This document shows positions 1-8,460 of a stretch of 20,000 nt of DNA, piece by piece. The translations under genes and the position numbers were made by a program. The stretch lies in IMG/VR virus record IMGVR_UViG_3300021389_002231; one strand, given 5' to 3'. The notes beneath the pieces are model-generated. The model did no database searches. It was not told where the DNA came from and worked only from the letters and a program-made list of their open reading frames with translations. Positions within the stretch are counted from its first letter, which is position 1, and each line of letters begins with the position of its first letter. The DNA is from an uncultured virus (IMG/VR IMGVR_UViG_3300021389_002231) (Duplodnaviria; Heunggongvirae; Uroviricota; Caudoviricetes).

Positions 1-275
1 GTCTCTTCTCTATTAGTGAATCCAACAGGTTTATTTTTATCTAACTGCATCCACAAGTCTAAGTCGTCGCTTGCATCTTCGTCCCATTCTAAGACAATTA
101 TAAATTCTGCTTTTACTGGAATATCTGCTTTTTTGGCAATGGGATTTATCATTAAAAACGCAATTACAAATAGCATAACAAATCCAATTAACACATTAAA
201 CAATAAATCGTTAAATGCTAAGTTGGATCCGGTGCGTCTTTTTTTACCTGTGAAAAAGTTTTCTTGATCAGGCAT
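1..275 (-). CDS. MotB/ExbD-like single-TM partner protein, truncated by the window edge; not in the ORF track
   Basis: ATG at 275-273 overlaps the end of the upstream MotA-like gene. Manual translation gives MPDQENFFTGKKRRTGSNLAFNDLLFNVLIGFVMLFVIAFLMINPIAKKADIPVKAEFIIVLEWDEDASDDLDLWMQLDKNKPVGFTNREE, open to the edge. It has a basic N-terminus, one TM helix with an Asp (FNDLL) as in MotB/ExbD/TolR, then a W-x5-D-x-DL-type motif. Confidence 0.7.
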   Translation of the reverse strand, partial: MPDQENFFTGKKRRTGSNLAFNDLLFNVLIGFVMLFVIAFLMINPIAKKADIPVKAEFIIVLEWDEDASDDLDLWMQLDKNKPVGFTNREE

Positions 276-708
276 ACTCTTGCTCTTGTATAATTACTTG
301 CACCTTAACAAACAAACTACCAATCAATCCACATAGTGTTGTAAGTAATGCTGTACTCATACCAGCAGCCATGTCAGTAATAACACGCTTCATGCTATCA
401 ACATTTGATGGGTCAATTTCTGCAAAGCTACTTCCTAGCATAAGCATAAATCCAATAACAGTTCCTACCATACCTACTGTCATACAGGCCTCACCTATAA
501 ACCAAGGTGTTTCAAAATCGTTTCTATCTTTAAAGCTTCTATAACCTACGCTGGCTGTCGCAGCAAACCACATGGTTATAATTGCAAAGCTCAATTTAGT
601 TGAATCATTTTCTAACAAAAATGGAATAGCACCATAGTAAACTGCTGTTCCTAAACCAATGATTTGCATAACAACAATCAACCACCAAACTAAAAATCTC
701 TTATTCAT
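268..708 (-). CDS. MotA/TolQ/ExbB proton-channel family membrane protein
   Basis: Four hydrophobic segments; motifs GMVGTVIGF and GMSTALLTTLCGL match the TolQ/ExbB GLxGTVxG and GxxxALxTTxxGL helices. Confidence 0.8.
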   Translation of the reverse strand: MNKRFLVWWLIVVMQIIGLGTAVYYGAIPFLLENDSTKLSFAIITMWFAATASVGYRSFKDRNDFETPWFIGEACMTVGMVGTVIGFMLMLGSSFAEIDPSNVDSMKRVITDMAAGMSTALLTTLCGLIGSLFVKVQVIIQEQEYA

Positions 709-738
709 AACGTTCTCTTTCCTTTTATCAGTGTGTAG

Positions 739-746
739 TATTTATC
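739..746 (-). promoter_or_regulatory. T4-late-like promoter motif GATAAATA
   Basis: GATAAATA lies about 30 nt upstream of the MotA-like ATG, at the edge of the intergenic gap; the same motif class occurs at 12870, 16300 and 19173. Confidence 0.45.
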
Positions 747-996
747 TAAATTTCTTAGATAAACGGAAAAGCATCGCTTGTTCTTCGTTGAACAAAAAAT
801 AAACCTGAACCCAAGTACCAGTGACATAATCAAGGCAAGAGTCAAAGTCTTTATATCTACTGGTTTCAGTAAATATTACTTTTTTAGGTTGATATTCTTT
901 TACTAATTGCTGAACCTCTTCTACAGTTCCTGAGACTTTGTATGATATTTGTTCTCCGTAATAGTCTAAACTTTTATCAATTTGTATCTGTCTCAT
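742..996 (-). CDS. Hypothetical protein
   Basis: 84-aa ORF co-oriented with and overlapping its upstream neighbour; C-terminal FxxEEQAMLFRL resembles small phage proteins. Confidence 0.65.
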   Translation of the reverse strand: MRQIQIDKSLDYYGEQISYKVSGTVEEVQQLVKEYQPKKVIFTETSRYKDFDSCLDYVTGTWVQVYFLFNEEQAMLFRLSKKFR

Positions 997-1921
997 TACA
1001 CAATATATTCGTTAAAAAATCGCTTCTAGTAATCGTTTTCAATCTATCTTTTGTATCAGCTTTAACAAATATATCGTGGAACGATTTGAATAAATCAGCG
1101 TTCGCATAGATCTTTAAGCTGTTACACATGTATTTATAGTATTCTTCACTGGTACTTCTATTGTCAGTTAATTCTGAAATATCAAACATTGTAACACCTT
1201 TTTCTTCTATTTGGTGAGGTATTTTTGGGACTGATAAGAAGTCTTTTGTAAACTTACTTACGCCCTCTTCGATGGTATATTCAAGTCCATGTTCTAATGC
1301 CATATCGACTATTGCAATAGGTTTGTCCTTGATAAAATTAGAACCCCGGTCGGGATTCTGGGGGGATATTTTCTTACCTATTTGGTAGAGAAAATTATTG
1401 TATGTTGAATCTGTTAAATTATAATGAAAGTTTAATCTTAATAAATTACCTTCATTAACAGTCATAACATTATCTGTTTTATAGTTAACATTGTAATCAT
1501 ATATGTATAATTGGTGAGGTTGCTTTGTAAAATATACAAGTTGGTCTGGATTATTAACTGCTATGTTTCCTAAATCAATACTAGATGGTAAACAGTATTT
1601 AAAGTCACTTTCTAGTATTGGCCCGTTTTCTATATCAGTACAAGTACTTAATGCTTTTTTTAGCATTTTTATATAATTGCTATCATTGGGACTAGTATTG
1701 TATCCATGCATTAATAACGGTAGACTAATAACTCGTGTAGAGCCACCAAACTCCATATTAGGATTATTTCTATATAAGAAGCAACGTTGTTGTGATATAC
1801 TGTCTAATTGTTGGGGGAATATACCTGTGTTCTCAGAATAAGTTATCAAGTGTTGCAATATACTTGATTGTCCACATATATTATTGAGATTTACGTTAAG
1901 TAAAAGATTACGGATTTGCAT
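977..1921 (-). CDS. Hypothetical protein
   Basis: 314-aa open frame coupled to the clamp-loader gene; no motif recognised. Confidence 0.75.
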   Translation of the reverse strand: MQIRNLLLNVNLNNICGQSSILQHLITYSENTGIFPQQLDSISQQRCFLYRNNPNMEFGGSTRVISLPLLMHGYNTSPNDSNYIKMLKKALSTCTDIENGPILESDFKYCLPSSIDLGNIAVNNPDQLVYFTKQPHQLYIYDYNVNYKTDNVMTVNEGNLLRLNFHYNLTDSTYNNFLYQIGKKISPQNPDRGSNFIKDKPIAIVDMALEHGLEYTIEEGVSKFTKDFLSVPKIPHQIEEKGVTMFDISELTDNRSTSEEYYKYMCNSLKIYANADLFKSFHDIFVKADTKDRLKTITRSDFLTNILCNETDTN

Positions 1922-2840
1922 TTAGTGTTCTTGCAATTTCTACCATAGTAGCACTTAGATTAATCTCTGGATCTGCTACTTGAGTATGCTTAATCATACC
2001 CTCTCTAATTGCTAGTACACAACTATCATATGTAAAGTCATCATTAGTATACAAGTCTAAGTTTCTGTATAACCAAGTAAAGATTTCATTGTATTCATCT
2101 GCTCTTGCACTACCAACAATTAATTTACGTGCATCTTGTATTTTACCTTGCTTAAATAATTCCACCATTTTAACACGCCACTCAGCAGTACTACCACCTT
2201 CTTCTGGCTTAGTAAGTGTATTGTCAATAACACTCATTTGTACGGTATTAATAGTTTTACGCAAGTCTGGATAGTTAGCACGAACCATTGCATCTAATGT
2301 ATCAATATCAAATTGTACATTGTTGTCTGCACAGATTTCGCCAACTCTTACAGTAAATTCTGTTTGATCTAATTGTTCAATATGAAAACCTTGACATCTA
2401 CTGTGTAATGCAGGAATAATCATGTTAGGATAATTACAAGTTAAAATAAATCTTACGCTTGCATGATACTGTTCCATAACTCCACGTAATGCCGCTTGTC
2501 CTTCAGGACTAATATGATCCGCCTCATCAAGTAAAATAACTTTAAATTCACCCCAAGGCATAGTTTCACTAAATGCACTAATTTTCTTACGAATCATTTC
2601 AACGCCGTTATCTCGACTAGCATTAATATAAAGTACATCAGCGGCTTGTACTTTAAGTTCAGCAATAAGTACCTTTGCAAGAGTAGTTTTTCCAGTACCT
2701 GGGCTACCACTAAAAAGTAAATGAGGTATTCCACCATCATCTATCCAGTTTTGTACTTGTCTGCGTTGTGCTTCATCTCTGAATACATACTCGCCGACTG
2801 TAGTAGGTCTATACTTTTCAACCCATAAGTCTTTAGCCAT
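1908..2840 (-). CDS. Sliding-clamp loader AAA+ subunit (RFC small subunit / T4 gp44-like)
   Basis: LWVEKYRP, Walker A GSPGTGKT, INAS, Walker B LLDEAD, SRC arginine-finger motif, DLRKTIN. Confidence 0.93.
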   Translation of the reverse strand: MAKDLWVEKYRPTTVGEYVFRDEAQRRQVQNWIDDGGIPHLLFSGSPGTGKTTLAKVLIAELKVQAADVLYINASRDNGVEMIRKKISAFSETMPWGEFKVILLDEADHISPEGQAALRGVMEQYHASVRFILTCNYPNMIIPALHSRCQGFHIEQLDQTEFTVRVGEICADNNVQFDIDTLDAMVRANYPDLRKTINTVQMSVIDNTLTKPEEGGSTAEWRVKMVELFKQGKIQDARKLIVGSARADEYNEIFTWLYRNLDLYTNDDFTYDSCVLAIREGMIKHTQVADPEINLSATMVEIARTLNANP

Positions 2841-3024
2841 TTATAACTCCGTTTTCCCAATTTTCAGCACAATCTTCTGCATAGCGTCTGCTTTTGCCAT
2901 ACATAGGTCTTTCTTCTGCTAGTTCATCACCAACATATAGTTTAACTACATAGTGAGTTTCTTCAATAATAACTGCACGTCTGTTTTCTTTTTTAAATTC
3001 TACTGTTTCGCCGTTTTTAACCAT
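2833..3024 (-). CDS. Hypothetical protein
   Basis: 63-aa ORF coupled to both neighbours; C-terminal YAEDCAENW resembles small T4-like phage proteins. Confidence 0.7.
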   Translation of the reverse strand: MVKNGETVEFKKENRRAVIIEETHYVVKLYVGDELAEERPMYGKSRRYAEDCAENWENGVING

Positions 3025-3025
3025 T

Positions 3026-3247
3026 TTATTTTCCTTTAAATAAATTTGGAAATACTTTATCTATAATTTCCATCATACCCATAATTAATACTACTGCCCA
3101 TCCAACCGGACCTGCAACAAACAAAAATGCAAATATTTGCCATGTTTTAGCATCTTTGCCTACAGTCTTTTTAGCTGTAAACATTACTATGATAAACCAT
3201 AGCAACATTATACTTAATATACATAATACACTAAAAAATAATTCCAT
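3026..3247 (-). CDS. Small membrane protein
   Basis: 73 aa with two hydrophobic helices; packed within the operon. Confidence 0.7.
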   Translation of the reverse strand: MELFFSVLCILSIMLLWFIIVMFTAKKTVGKDAKTWQIFAFLFVAGPVGWAVVLIMGMMEIIDKVFPNLFKGK

Positions 3248-3258
3248 ATAAGTTCCCC

Positions 3259-4224
3259 TTAAATCTTATGTGTAAACAAACTGCTTACACTTTCTTCATT
3301 TGATACACGCCTAATGGCTTCACCAAACATAGTTGATACACTTACTGCACGAGTCTTTTCGCAATCATGTGGACATTTAAAATCTATACTATCTGTGATT
3401 ACAAGTTCTTCTAATACACTGTTCTCAACCTTATGACATGCTTCGCCAGTTAGTACTCCGTGTGTGATGTATGCTCGTACACTTAATGCACCAGCATCCA
3501 TTATTGCCTGTGCAGCATTACATAAAGTTCCACCACTATCAATAATATCGTCAACTAAAATAGCATGGCAACCTTTGACTTCACCAATTATATTCATTAC
3601 TTCGCTTACACCTGCTTTGGGTCTACGCTTGTCTACGATAGCAATATCTCCGCCAAACATATCAGCAAAGTTTCTAGCTCTAACAGTACCGCCGGCATCT
3701 GGAGATACAAAAACAGTTTCTACATCGTGTACATCTTGTCCTTCTTTGTAGAATTGTTTTTTAATATCTTTTGCAAACACAATACGACTTGTTAAATCAT
3801 CTACAGGAATATCAAAGAAGCCCTGTATCTGTCCTGCGTGTAAATCCATTGTAAGGATTCTATCTGCACCTGCCTCTGTAATTAAGTTTGCTACTAATTT
3901 AGCAGTAATTGGTGTACGACTTGCACTTTTACGATCTTGTCGTGCATAACCAAAATAAGGAATAACTGCTGTAATACGCTTGGCACTGCTACGCTTAGCC
4001 GCATCAATCATAATCATTAATTCCATTAGGTTATCGTTTACTGGTGTACTTGTACTTTGTATAATAAAAACATCTTCACCACGGATATTTTCTAAAAATT
4101 CTACGCTACTTTCACCATCCGCAAACGCTTTTATTTCTGCAGGTACTAGTGTAGCAAAACAATGAGCAGCTATCTTCTCTGCCATCTCAATGTTACTATT
4201 TCCAGCTATAATCTTCATATGCAT
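3259..4224 (-). CDS. prs: Ribose-phosphate pyrophosphokinase (PRPP synthetase); start may be the ATG at 4218
   Basis: [34 protein letters not shown] and [11 protein letters not shown] motifs; full length. Confidence 0.96.
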   Translation of the reverse strand: MHMKIIAGNSNIEMAEKIAAHCFATLVPAEIKAFADGESSVEFLENIRGEDVFIIQSTSTPVNDNLMELMIMIDAAKRSSAKRITAVIPYFGYARQDRKSASRTPITAKLVANLITEAGADRILTMDLHAGQIQGFFDIPVDDLTSRIVFAKDIKKQFYKEGQDVHDVETVFVSPDAGGTVRARNFADMFGGDIAIVDKRRPKAGVSEVMNIIGEVKGCHAILVDDIIDSGGTLCNAAQAIMDAGALSVRAYITHGVLTGEACHKVENSVLEELVITDSIDFKCPHDCEKTRAVSVSTMFGEAIRRVSNEESVSSLFTHKI

Positions 4225-4258
4225 TCAGAGTCCATTCTCGGTTAAAGTTATAAGTATA

Positions 4259-4287
4259 ATAATACTATATTTTAGTTGATTTGTCAA
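4259..4287 (-). promoter_or_regulatory. sigma70-type promoter for the prs-clamp loader unit
   Basis: TTGACA (4287-4282), 17-nt spacer, TATTAT (4264-4259) in the intergenic gap. Confidence 0.75.
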
Positions 4288-4296
4288 TAGAAATGT

Positions 4297-4689
4297 CTAT
4301 AATTTTACCTTTAAAAGTAATGACATAATGTCTAACACTTCGCTAGGTTGAGCATAGTATTCTTCTTCTAGCCATTGTTTTTTTACTGAAATATCTGGGC
4401 AAAGAAAACTATGATCGCCGTTACCATTAGTAAATGTACAATAGTTCCATACTCTTGCAACTACAGGTAAGTGTGTCATACCTAATCTTGGTGCTAAATA
4501 TATTCTGTGATTGCCTGTGTCTAGTCTTACTTGTCTACTGTAAACTCCTACACCAAGTATTATGGGTTCCAGTATGCCATTTTGCATAATATCTTCCATA
4601 AGTTCTAAATCATTGTTTGGGCTAGGTGTAGGTGATTTCCATTGGTCTAAAAGTACTACAGGCATTTGCTGTATTAGACCTTCGTACAT
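4297..4689 (-). CDS. Stand-alone ParB/sulfiredoxin-like domain protein
   Basis: IMQNGILEPII...LDTGNHRIYLA..LGMTHLPV matches the ParB N-terminal pattern (GxxxPI, GxHR, LGxxxxPV). Confidence 0.65.
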   Translation of the reverse strand: MYEGLIQQMPVVLLDQWKSPTPSPNNDLELMEDIMQNGILEPIILGVGVYSRQVRLDTGNHRIYLAPRLGMTHLPVVARVWNYCTFTNGNGDHSFLCPDISVKKQWLEEEYYAQPSEVLDIMSLLLKVKL

Positions 4690-5330
4690 TAATAAGTGTC
4701 TACGACAGCATCTGCAATTCCGTGCTTAACGGCTTCGTCGGCGGTTAGCCAAACATCTTCCGGCGGTAGCAATATTTCTTTGATTTTCTTTTCTGATAAA
4801 CCAGTACATTTTTTATAATGATTTAACATACGTTCTGATGATAATTCAAACTCTTTTACACGAGCAAATAGTTCGTGTTCTTTACCGCCTGAACCCCATG
4901 AATATTGATGTGATAAGATACTTGTGTTATTTGTTAACACACGTTTGCCTTTAGTACCTGCCATAAATGTAAGTACACCACATGATGCAATCATTCCCAA
5001 ACCTACAGTTTTAATAGGTAGTGCTGAACCTTTCATTACATCAATAAGACCAAATGCGGCATGTACGCTACCACCTGGGCTATTAATAATAAGTGTAAGT
5101 TCTTTAGGACGCTCACTGTCTGGTAGTAAGTTTTTCTCAATAATCCAGTTTACAACTGGCTTTGTAGATTCGTATGTAAACCCATCAGCAAAATAATAAA
5201 TACCTGATTCATATAATACTTGTCCTGGTTGTTTAGGTGGACCTGCTGGTGTTTGTGGATTTGCTGCACCTTTTTCTTCTAATGCTTGGCCCATTTCGCC
5301 AATTGCTTTTTGTAGTTTTTCAATATTCAT
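4689..5330 (-). CDS. clpP: ATP-dependent Clp protease proteolytic subunit
   Basis: INSPGGSV, GMIASCG (catalytic Ser), SHQ (His), DVWLTADEAVKHGIAD. Confidence 0.9.
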   Translation of the reverse strand: MNIEKLQKAIGEMGQALEEKGAANPQTPAGPPKQPGQVLYESGIYYFADGFTYESTKPVVNWIIEKNLLPDSERPKELTLIINSPGGSVHAAFGLIDVMKGSALPIKTVGLGMIASCGVLTFMAGTKGKRVLTNNTSILSHQYSWGSGGKEHELFARVKEFELSSERMLNHYKKCTGLSEKKIKEILLPPEDVWLTADEAVKHGIADAVVDTY

Positions 5331-5351
5331 TATTTTTGAATTCCTTTTAAG

Positions 5352-5732
5352 TTATAATGTGTGTCTAGTCATATCGCCCGATGGACGTTTTGGTATTGCT
5401 TTGCCGTGAATTTGCATTTTGTTATCTTCCATTGGATTAGTTTTGGATTCTAGTAAACAATCTTTATTATCAAGTAAATAAATTTTTAAATCATCATTTA
5501 CTTTCATACCATTACTCCAACGTCCATGATCAACAAGAACGTATGTTCCTTCTGTAAGCCAATCAATGTCATCACCCACACTGTATACTTTAAACCAACG
5601 TGGTCTGATTGCAGACTCGGTTCCATCTTTTGAGATAAGAATAATACCACCTGGTGTTTTTAATTCTTCACCAGGATTATCAATCATCTCTGCTAAGATC
5701 TTATTACGCATTGCTTTTACTACTTTAGTCAT
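5352..5732 (-). CDS. GroES-like co-chaperonin
   Basis: KAMRNKILAE..KTPGGIIL mobile-loop pattern, KVYSVG, G.YVL; GGAGG RBS. Confidence 0.75.
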   Translation of the reverse strand: MTKVVKAMRNKILAEMIDNPGEELKTPGGIILISKDGTESAIRPRWFKVYSVGDDIDWLTEGTYVLVDHGRWSNGMKVNDDLKIYLLDNKDCLLESKTNPMEDNKMQIHGKAIPKRPSGDMTRHTL

Positions 5733-5746
5733 ATTTCCTCCGACTA

Positions 5747-6145
5747 TTACTGATCTATATCTTCCATACTACCATCACTGTACTCTACTTCAAAGTATTG
5801 AGTACCGTCATCTCTAGTACGGGCCGTTCTACTTACTTCTGTTATCTTAGGTGCTTGTTTAGTTGCTGCCTTAGATTTTGGTGCAGGAGTATCAACTGGC
5901 TTTTTTGCTTCTGCCGGCTTCTCATCTTCTTTAAGACTAACTTCTTTTGTGTCAGCTCCTGGTACATTATCTTTATAGAATTCTTTCTGTATTTTTTCTC
6001 TAGGAATTTCTACATTTCCTCTATTGTCAATAATGTCGCCTCGAGCATTCATATTTAAATTACTCACTGCTCGTGTTTTTTCATTTTTTGCTGCCAGATT
6101 GCCCATGTCTAATGTACGGCCTCTAGCTGTTTTTACTGTTTTCAT
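5747..6145 (-). CDS. Hypothetical phage protein
   Basis: 132 aa; ordered-looking N-terminus (TARGRTLDM..NARGD) and a K/P/A-rich linker; ATGA overlap with the upstream gene. Confidence 0.75.
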   Translation of the reverse strand: MKTVKTARGRTLDMGNLAAKNEKTRAVSNLNMNARGDIIDNRGNVEIPREKIQKEFYKDNVPGADTKEVSLKEDEKPAEAKKPVDTPAPKSKAATKQAPKITEVSRTARTRDDGTQYFEVEYSDGSMEDIDQ

Positions 6146-6648
6146 TTTAAAAACTCCTTGATATCAAGTTCATATTTTATGCTGTCTATATGATGTATAC
6201 CCAGCAAATATAAACAGTAGCTAGCTACACTACTGCCTCTTCCTACACCTAATACAATATTATTTTGTTCACATGTATGAACTAAGTGTAGTAAAAATTT
6301 AAGCACAATAATCATTCCTCGTTTCTCATACTCAACAAGTTCTGAATATACTCTGTCACGTTGCTGTGCATTAGTACAACGTTCCATTAGCCATTCTTGG
6401 ATATTTATATCCTTGTAACTGTCCGGCATATTCCATTTATTTAAACAATCCTCAACATATGTATCAGTTGTATTTTGTGGCTTTGCATCAATAAATCTAT
6501 CTAAATCAAATGTTTGACACCATTCGTTATATATATTTATGGGTTTTGTATCTTCAACAATTACATCAGTAACATTATTTCCACTTAACCAACCCGTAAC
6601 AATATCTTGTTCAGATACTACATATTGCTTATTTTTATTCATGAACAT
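6142..6648 (-). CDS. Stand-alone fragment of DNA polymerase III alpha (DnaE-like)
   Basis: RVYSELVEY...GVGRGSSVASYCLYLLGIHHIDSIKYEL matches the DnaE GxGRGSxxxSLVxYxLGITxxDPxxxxL motif; only 168 aa. Confidence 0.8.
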   Translation of the reverse strand: MFMNKNKQYVVSEQDIVTGWLSGNNVTDVIVEDTKPINIYNEWCQTFDLDRFIDAKPQNTTDTYVEDCLNKWNMPDSYKDINIQEWLMERCTNAQQRDRVYSELVEYEKRGMIIVLKFLLHLVHTCEQNNIVLGVGRGSSVASYCLYLLGIHHIDSIKYELDIKEFLK

Positions 6649-6654
6649 CCCACT

Positions 6655-6683
6655 ATTATATTACTTTTCCTTGTAAAAGTCAA
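6655..6683 (-). promoter_or_regulatory. sigma70-type promoter, probably giving a leaderless transcript
   Basis: TTGACT (6683-6678), 17-nt spacer, TATAAT (6660-6655), then 6 nt to the ATG at 6648. Confidence 0.7.
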
Positions 6684-6960
6684 GTATTTCTTTAATTGAT
6701 TTATCTGGTGCTGGCCCAGTAATTTCACCAATATCTAATACAGAACCATCTTCTTTTTCATTTTTTGCATAAGTCTCAGACTGGGCTATTTGTCTCTTAT
6801 GGTCTCTAATTAATTCAATAAACAGATTAATTTGATCTATAAGTCCCTCGCCCATTTGAGCTTTACTGGCTGCTAACACTTTTTTAAGCATTTGCTTTTC
6901 AAACTCCATAGCTTCACCCATGGTTAATTCGCTAAGTGGCTTACCTTCGTAGTCAATCAT
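6661..6960 (-). CDS. Hypothetical protein
   Basis: 99-aa helical-looking ORF; ATGA overlap with the MazG-like gene. Confidence 0.7.
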   Translation of the reverse strand: MIDYEGKPLSELTMGEAMEFEKQMLKKVLAASKAQMGEGLIDQINLFIELIRDHKRQIAQSETYAKNEKEDGSVLDIGEITGPAPDKSIKEILDFYKEK

Positions 6961-7367
6961 AGATCGCCATCTTGCCTATTTTCACTATAATATGCATCAA
7001 ATGATCCACCTGGATAACGTTTTTCCAGTTTGCGTACATTTTCTGCAATTACTTCATTAGGGTCCAAATCCAATGCCCTGCAACTATTAATCCAATACCA
7101 AATAATATCGCCAAGTTCTCGTTTAGCGTGAAACTGAGTTTCATCATCAAGTGGTTTACCTTGGAATATACATTTTTTAACAATTTCTGCAAATTCGCCT
7201 CCTTCTGACGCAATACCAATTGCTCCTGTAAGCAACTGTGCCATATTTACTCCTGACTCTTTGTCAAGTTTATTAAGCATTGTTGCCAATGCTTCAGTGT
7301 TGTTACTTTCATTACTTGTAACTGCACCTACAAATTCTTTGTATTTGTTTAAATCAATATTTTTCAT
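6957..7367 (-). CDS. mazG: MazG-like nucleoside triphosphate pyrophosphohydrolase
   Basis: GIASEGGEFAEIVKK and KRELGDIIWY (ExxE...ExxD) motifs; NVRKLEKRYP. Confidence 0.88.
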   Translation of the reverse strand: MKNIDLNKYKEFVGAVTSNESNNTEALATMLNKLDKESGVNMAQLLTGAIGIASEGGEFAEIVKKCIFQGKPLDDETQFHAKRELGDIIWYWINSCRALDLDPNEVIAENVRKLEKRYPGGSFDAYYSENRQDGDL

Positions 7368-7751
7368 TTACTCTACCTTTGGTAATTCTATTACATTTGC
7401 GTTTGCTTCAACTTTTTCCATGTCAAAGTTTACACTTTCTCCACAACCACAACTGCTTGCTGCTGCTGGGTTTACTACTTCTAACATTGTTCCCATTACA
7501 TCTTGTTTTAACTCAAGTGTTGTACCTACTAAAAACATAATGCTTGAACTGTCAACGGCCATTTTTCTTCCGTTATCCATTATAATAACATGATCTGCTT
7601 TTTTGTCAAGTTCATTTTCTTCTTTTAAATTCCAAACATAACTGAATCCTGCACAACCGCCACCTTTAAGTCCTAAGACAGGAATTTTACCTTCGTTTGC
7701 ATCGCTGATACCAGTTAGATGGTTCATTGCTTTTTCTGTGACTTTAATCAT
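7368..7751 (-). CDS. A-type Fe-S cluster carrier (IscA/SufA/HesB family)
   Basis: IKVTEKA, GGGCAGFSY, NP...SCGCGES with the three conserved Cys. Confidence 0.92.
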   Translation of the reverse strand: MIKVTEKAMNHLTGISDANEGKIPVLGLKGGGCAGFSYVWNLKEENELDKKADHVIIMDNGRKMAVDSSSIMFLVGTTLELKQDVMGTMLEVVNPAAASSCGCGESVNFDMEKVEANANVIELPKVE

Positions 7752-7948
7752 TACTTGCTTCCTATATAACCTGCTATGATTCCTATCAATCCAGTCAGTG
7801 CCATTTTCATTAAAGTAATAACACTTTCGTCTACTGGTCTATTTTCTTGTAATGCAACATAATAGTCGCCTACAATAATAATTCCTAATAGTGAAAGTAC
7901 ACCTACTACTAACGCTACTATAATTAAGTCTTTTAAATTTTTGATCAT
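7751..7948 (-). CDS. Small two-TM membrane protein
   Basis: 65 aa with two hydrophobic helices; overlaps neighbouring start and stop codons. Confidence 0.7.
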   Translation of the reverse strand: MIKNLKDLIIVALVVGVLSLLGIIIVGDYYVALQENRPVDESVITLMKMALTGLIGIIAGYIGSK

Positions 7949-8460
7949 TGTTCTATCTCCAAAGCGGACAAGAGTTCTATCTCTTCTTCATTTAGGTATT
8001 TTAAGTTAACTACTGTTATACCACCTAATACCATTGCACCAGTTTGTTCACATAACTTTTTACTAGCAGTCATGCTACCACCTGTTGCAACTAAATCGTC
8101 TGCTATTACAACTCTACTTGTATGACCCAATATACCTTCTTGCAATGTAAGTGTATCTGTTCCATATTCGAGTTCATAACTTTCTTCTAACAGCTTACCT
8201 GGGTATTTAGCACCTTTTTTGCGAATCATAACAAATGGCACATCTAATTCTTGTGATAATGCTGCTCCTAGTACAAAACCTCTGCTTTCAATACCAACTA
8301 TATGTGTTGGCATAAACTCAGCATGGTCACGTAACTCTTCTGCCATTTCTTCTACTAAACTTGTCCACAAATTACTTGCAAACAAACTGTTTATATCATA
8401 AAAATTTACACCTTCTATAGGGTAATCTGGAACTGTTCTTATGTAATCTTTTATATTCAT
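7945..8460 (-). CDS. apt: Adenine phosphoribosyltransferase
   Basis: IRTVPDYPIEGVNFYDI, GIESRGF, IRKKG, YELEYG, DDLVATGGS. Start placed at 8460 (TAATG overlap) rather than 8472. Confidence 0.92.
   Translation of the reverse strand: MNIKDYIRTVPDYPIEGVNFYDINSLFASNLWTSLVEEMAEELRDHAEFMPTHIVGIESRGFVLGAALSQELDVPFVMIRKKGAKYPGKLLEESYELEYGTDTLTLQEGILGHTSRVVIADDLVATGGSMTASKKLCEQTGAMVLGGITVVNLKYLNEEEIELLSALEIEQ

Noticed and set aside
16..267. 83-aa plus-strand ORF
   Set aside because: It is antisense to the better supported MotB/ExbD-like minus-strand gene and has no RBS or motif.
1131..1138. Exact TATAAATA on the minus strand
   Set aside because: It is inside a coding region in very AT-rich DNA, about 135 nt from the next start; could be chance.
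3259..4224. prs as the NAD-reconstitution enzyme Adps (NARP1)
   Set aside because: The sequence looks like a canonical class I Prs and no Namat/NadV-like partner is in the window.
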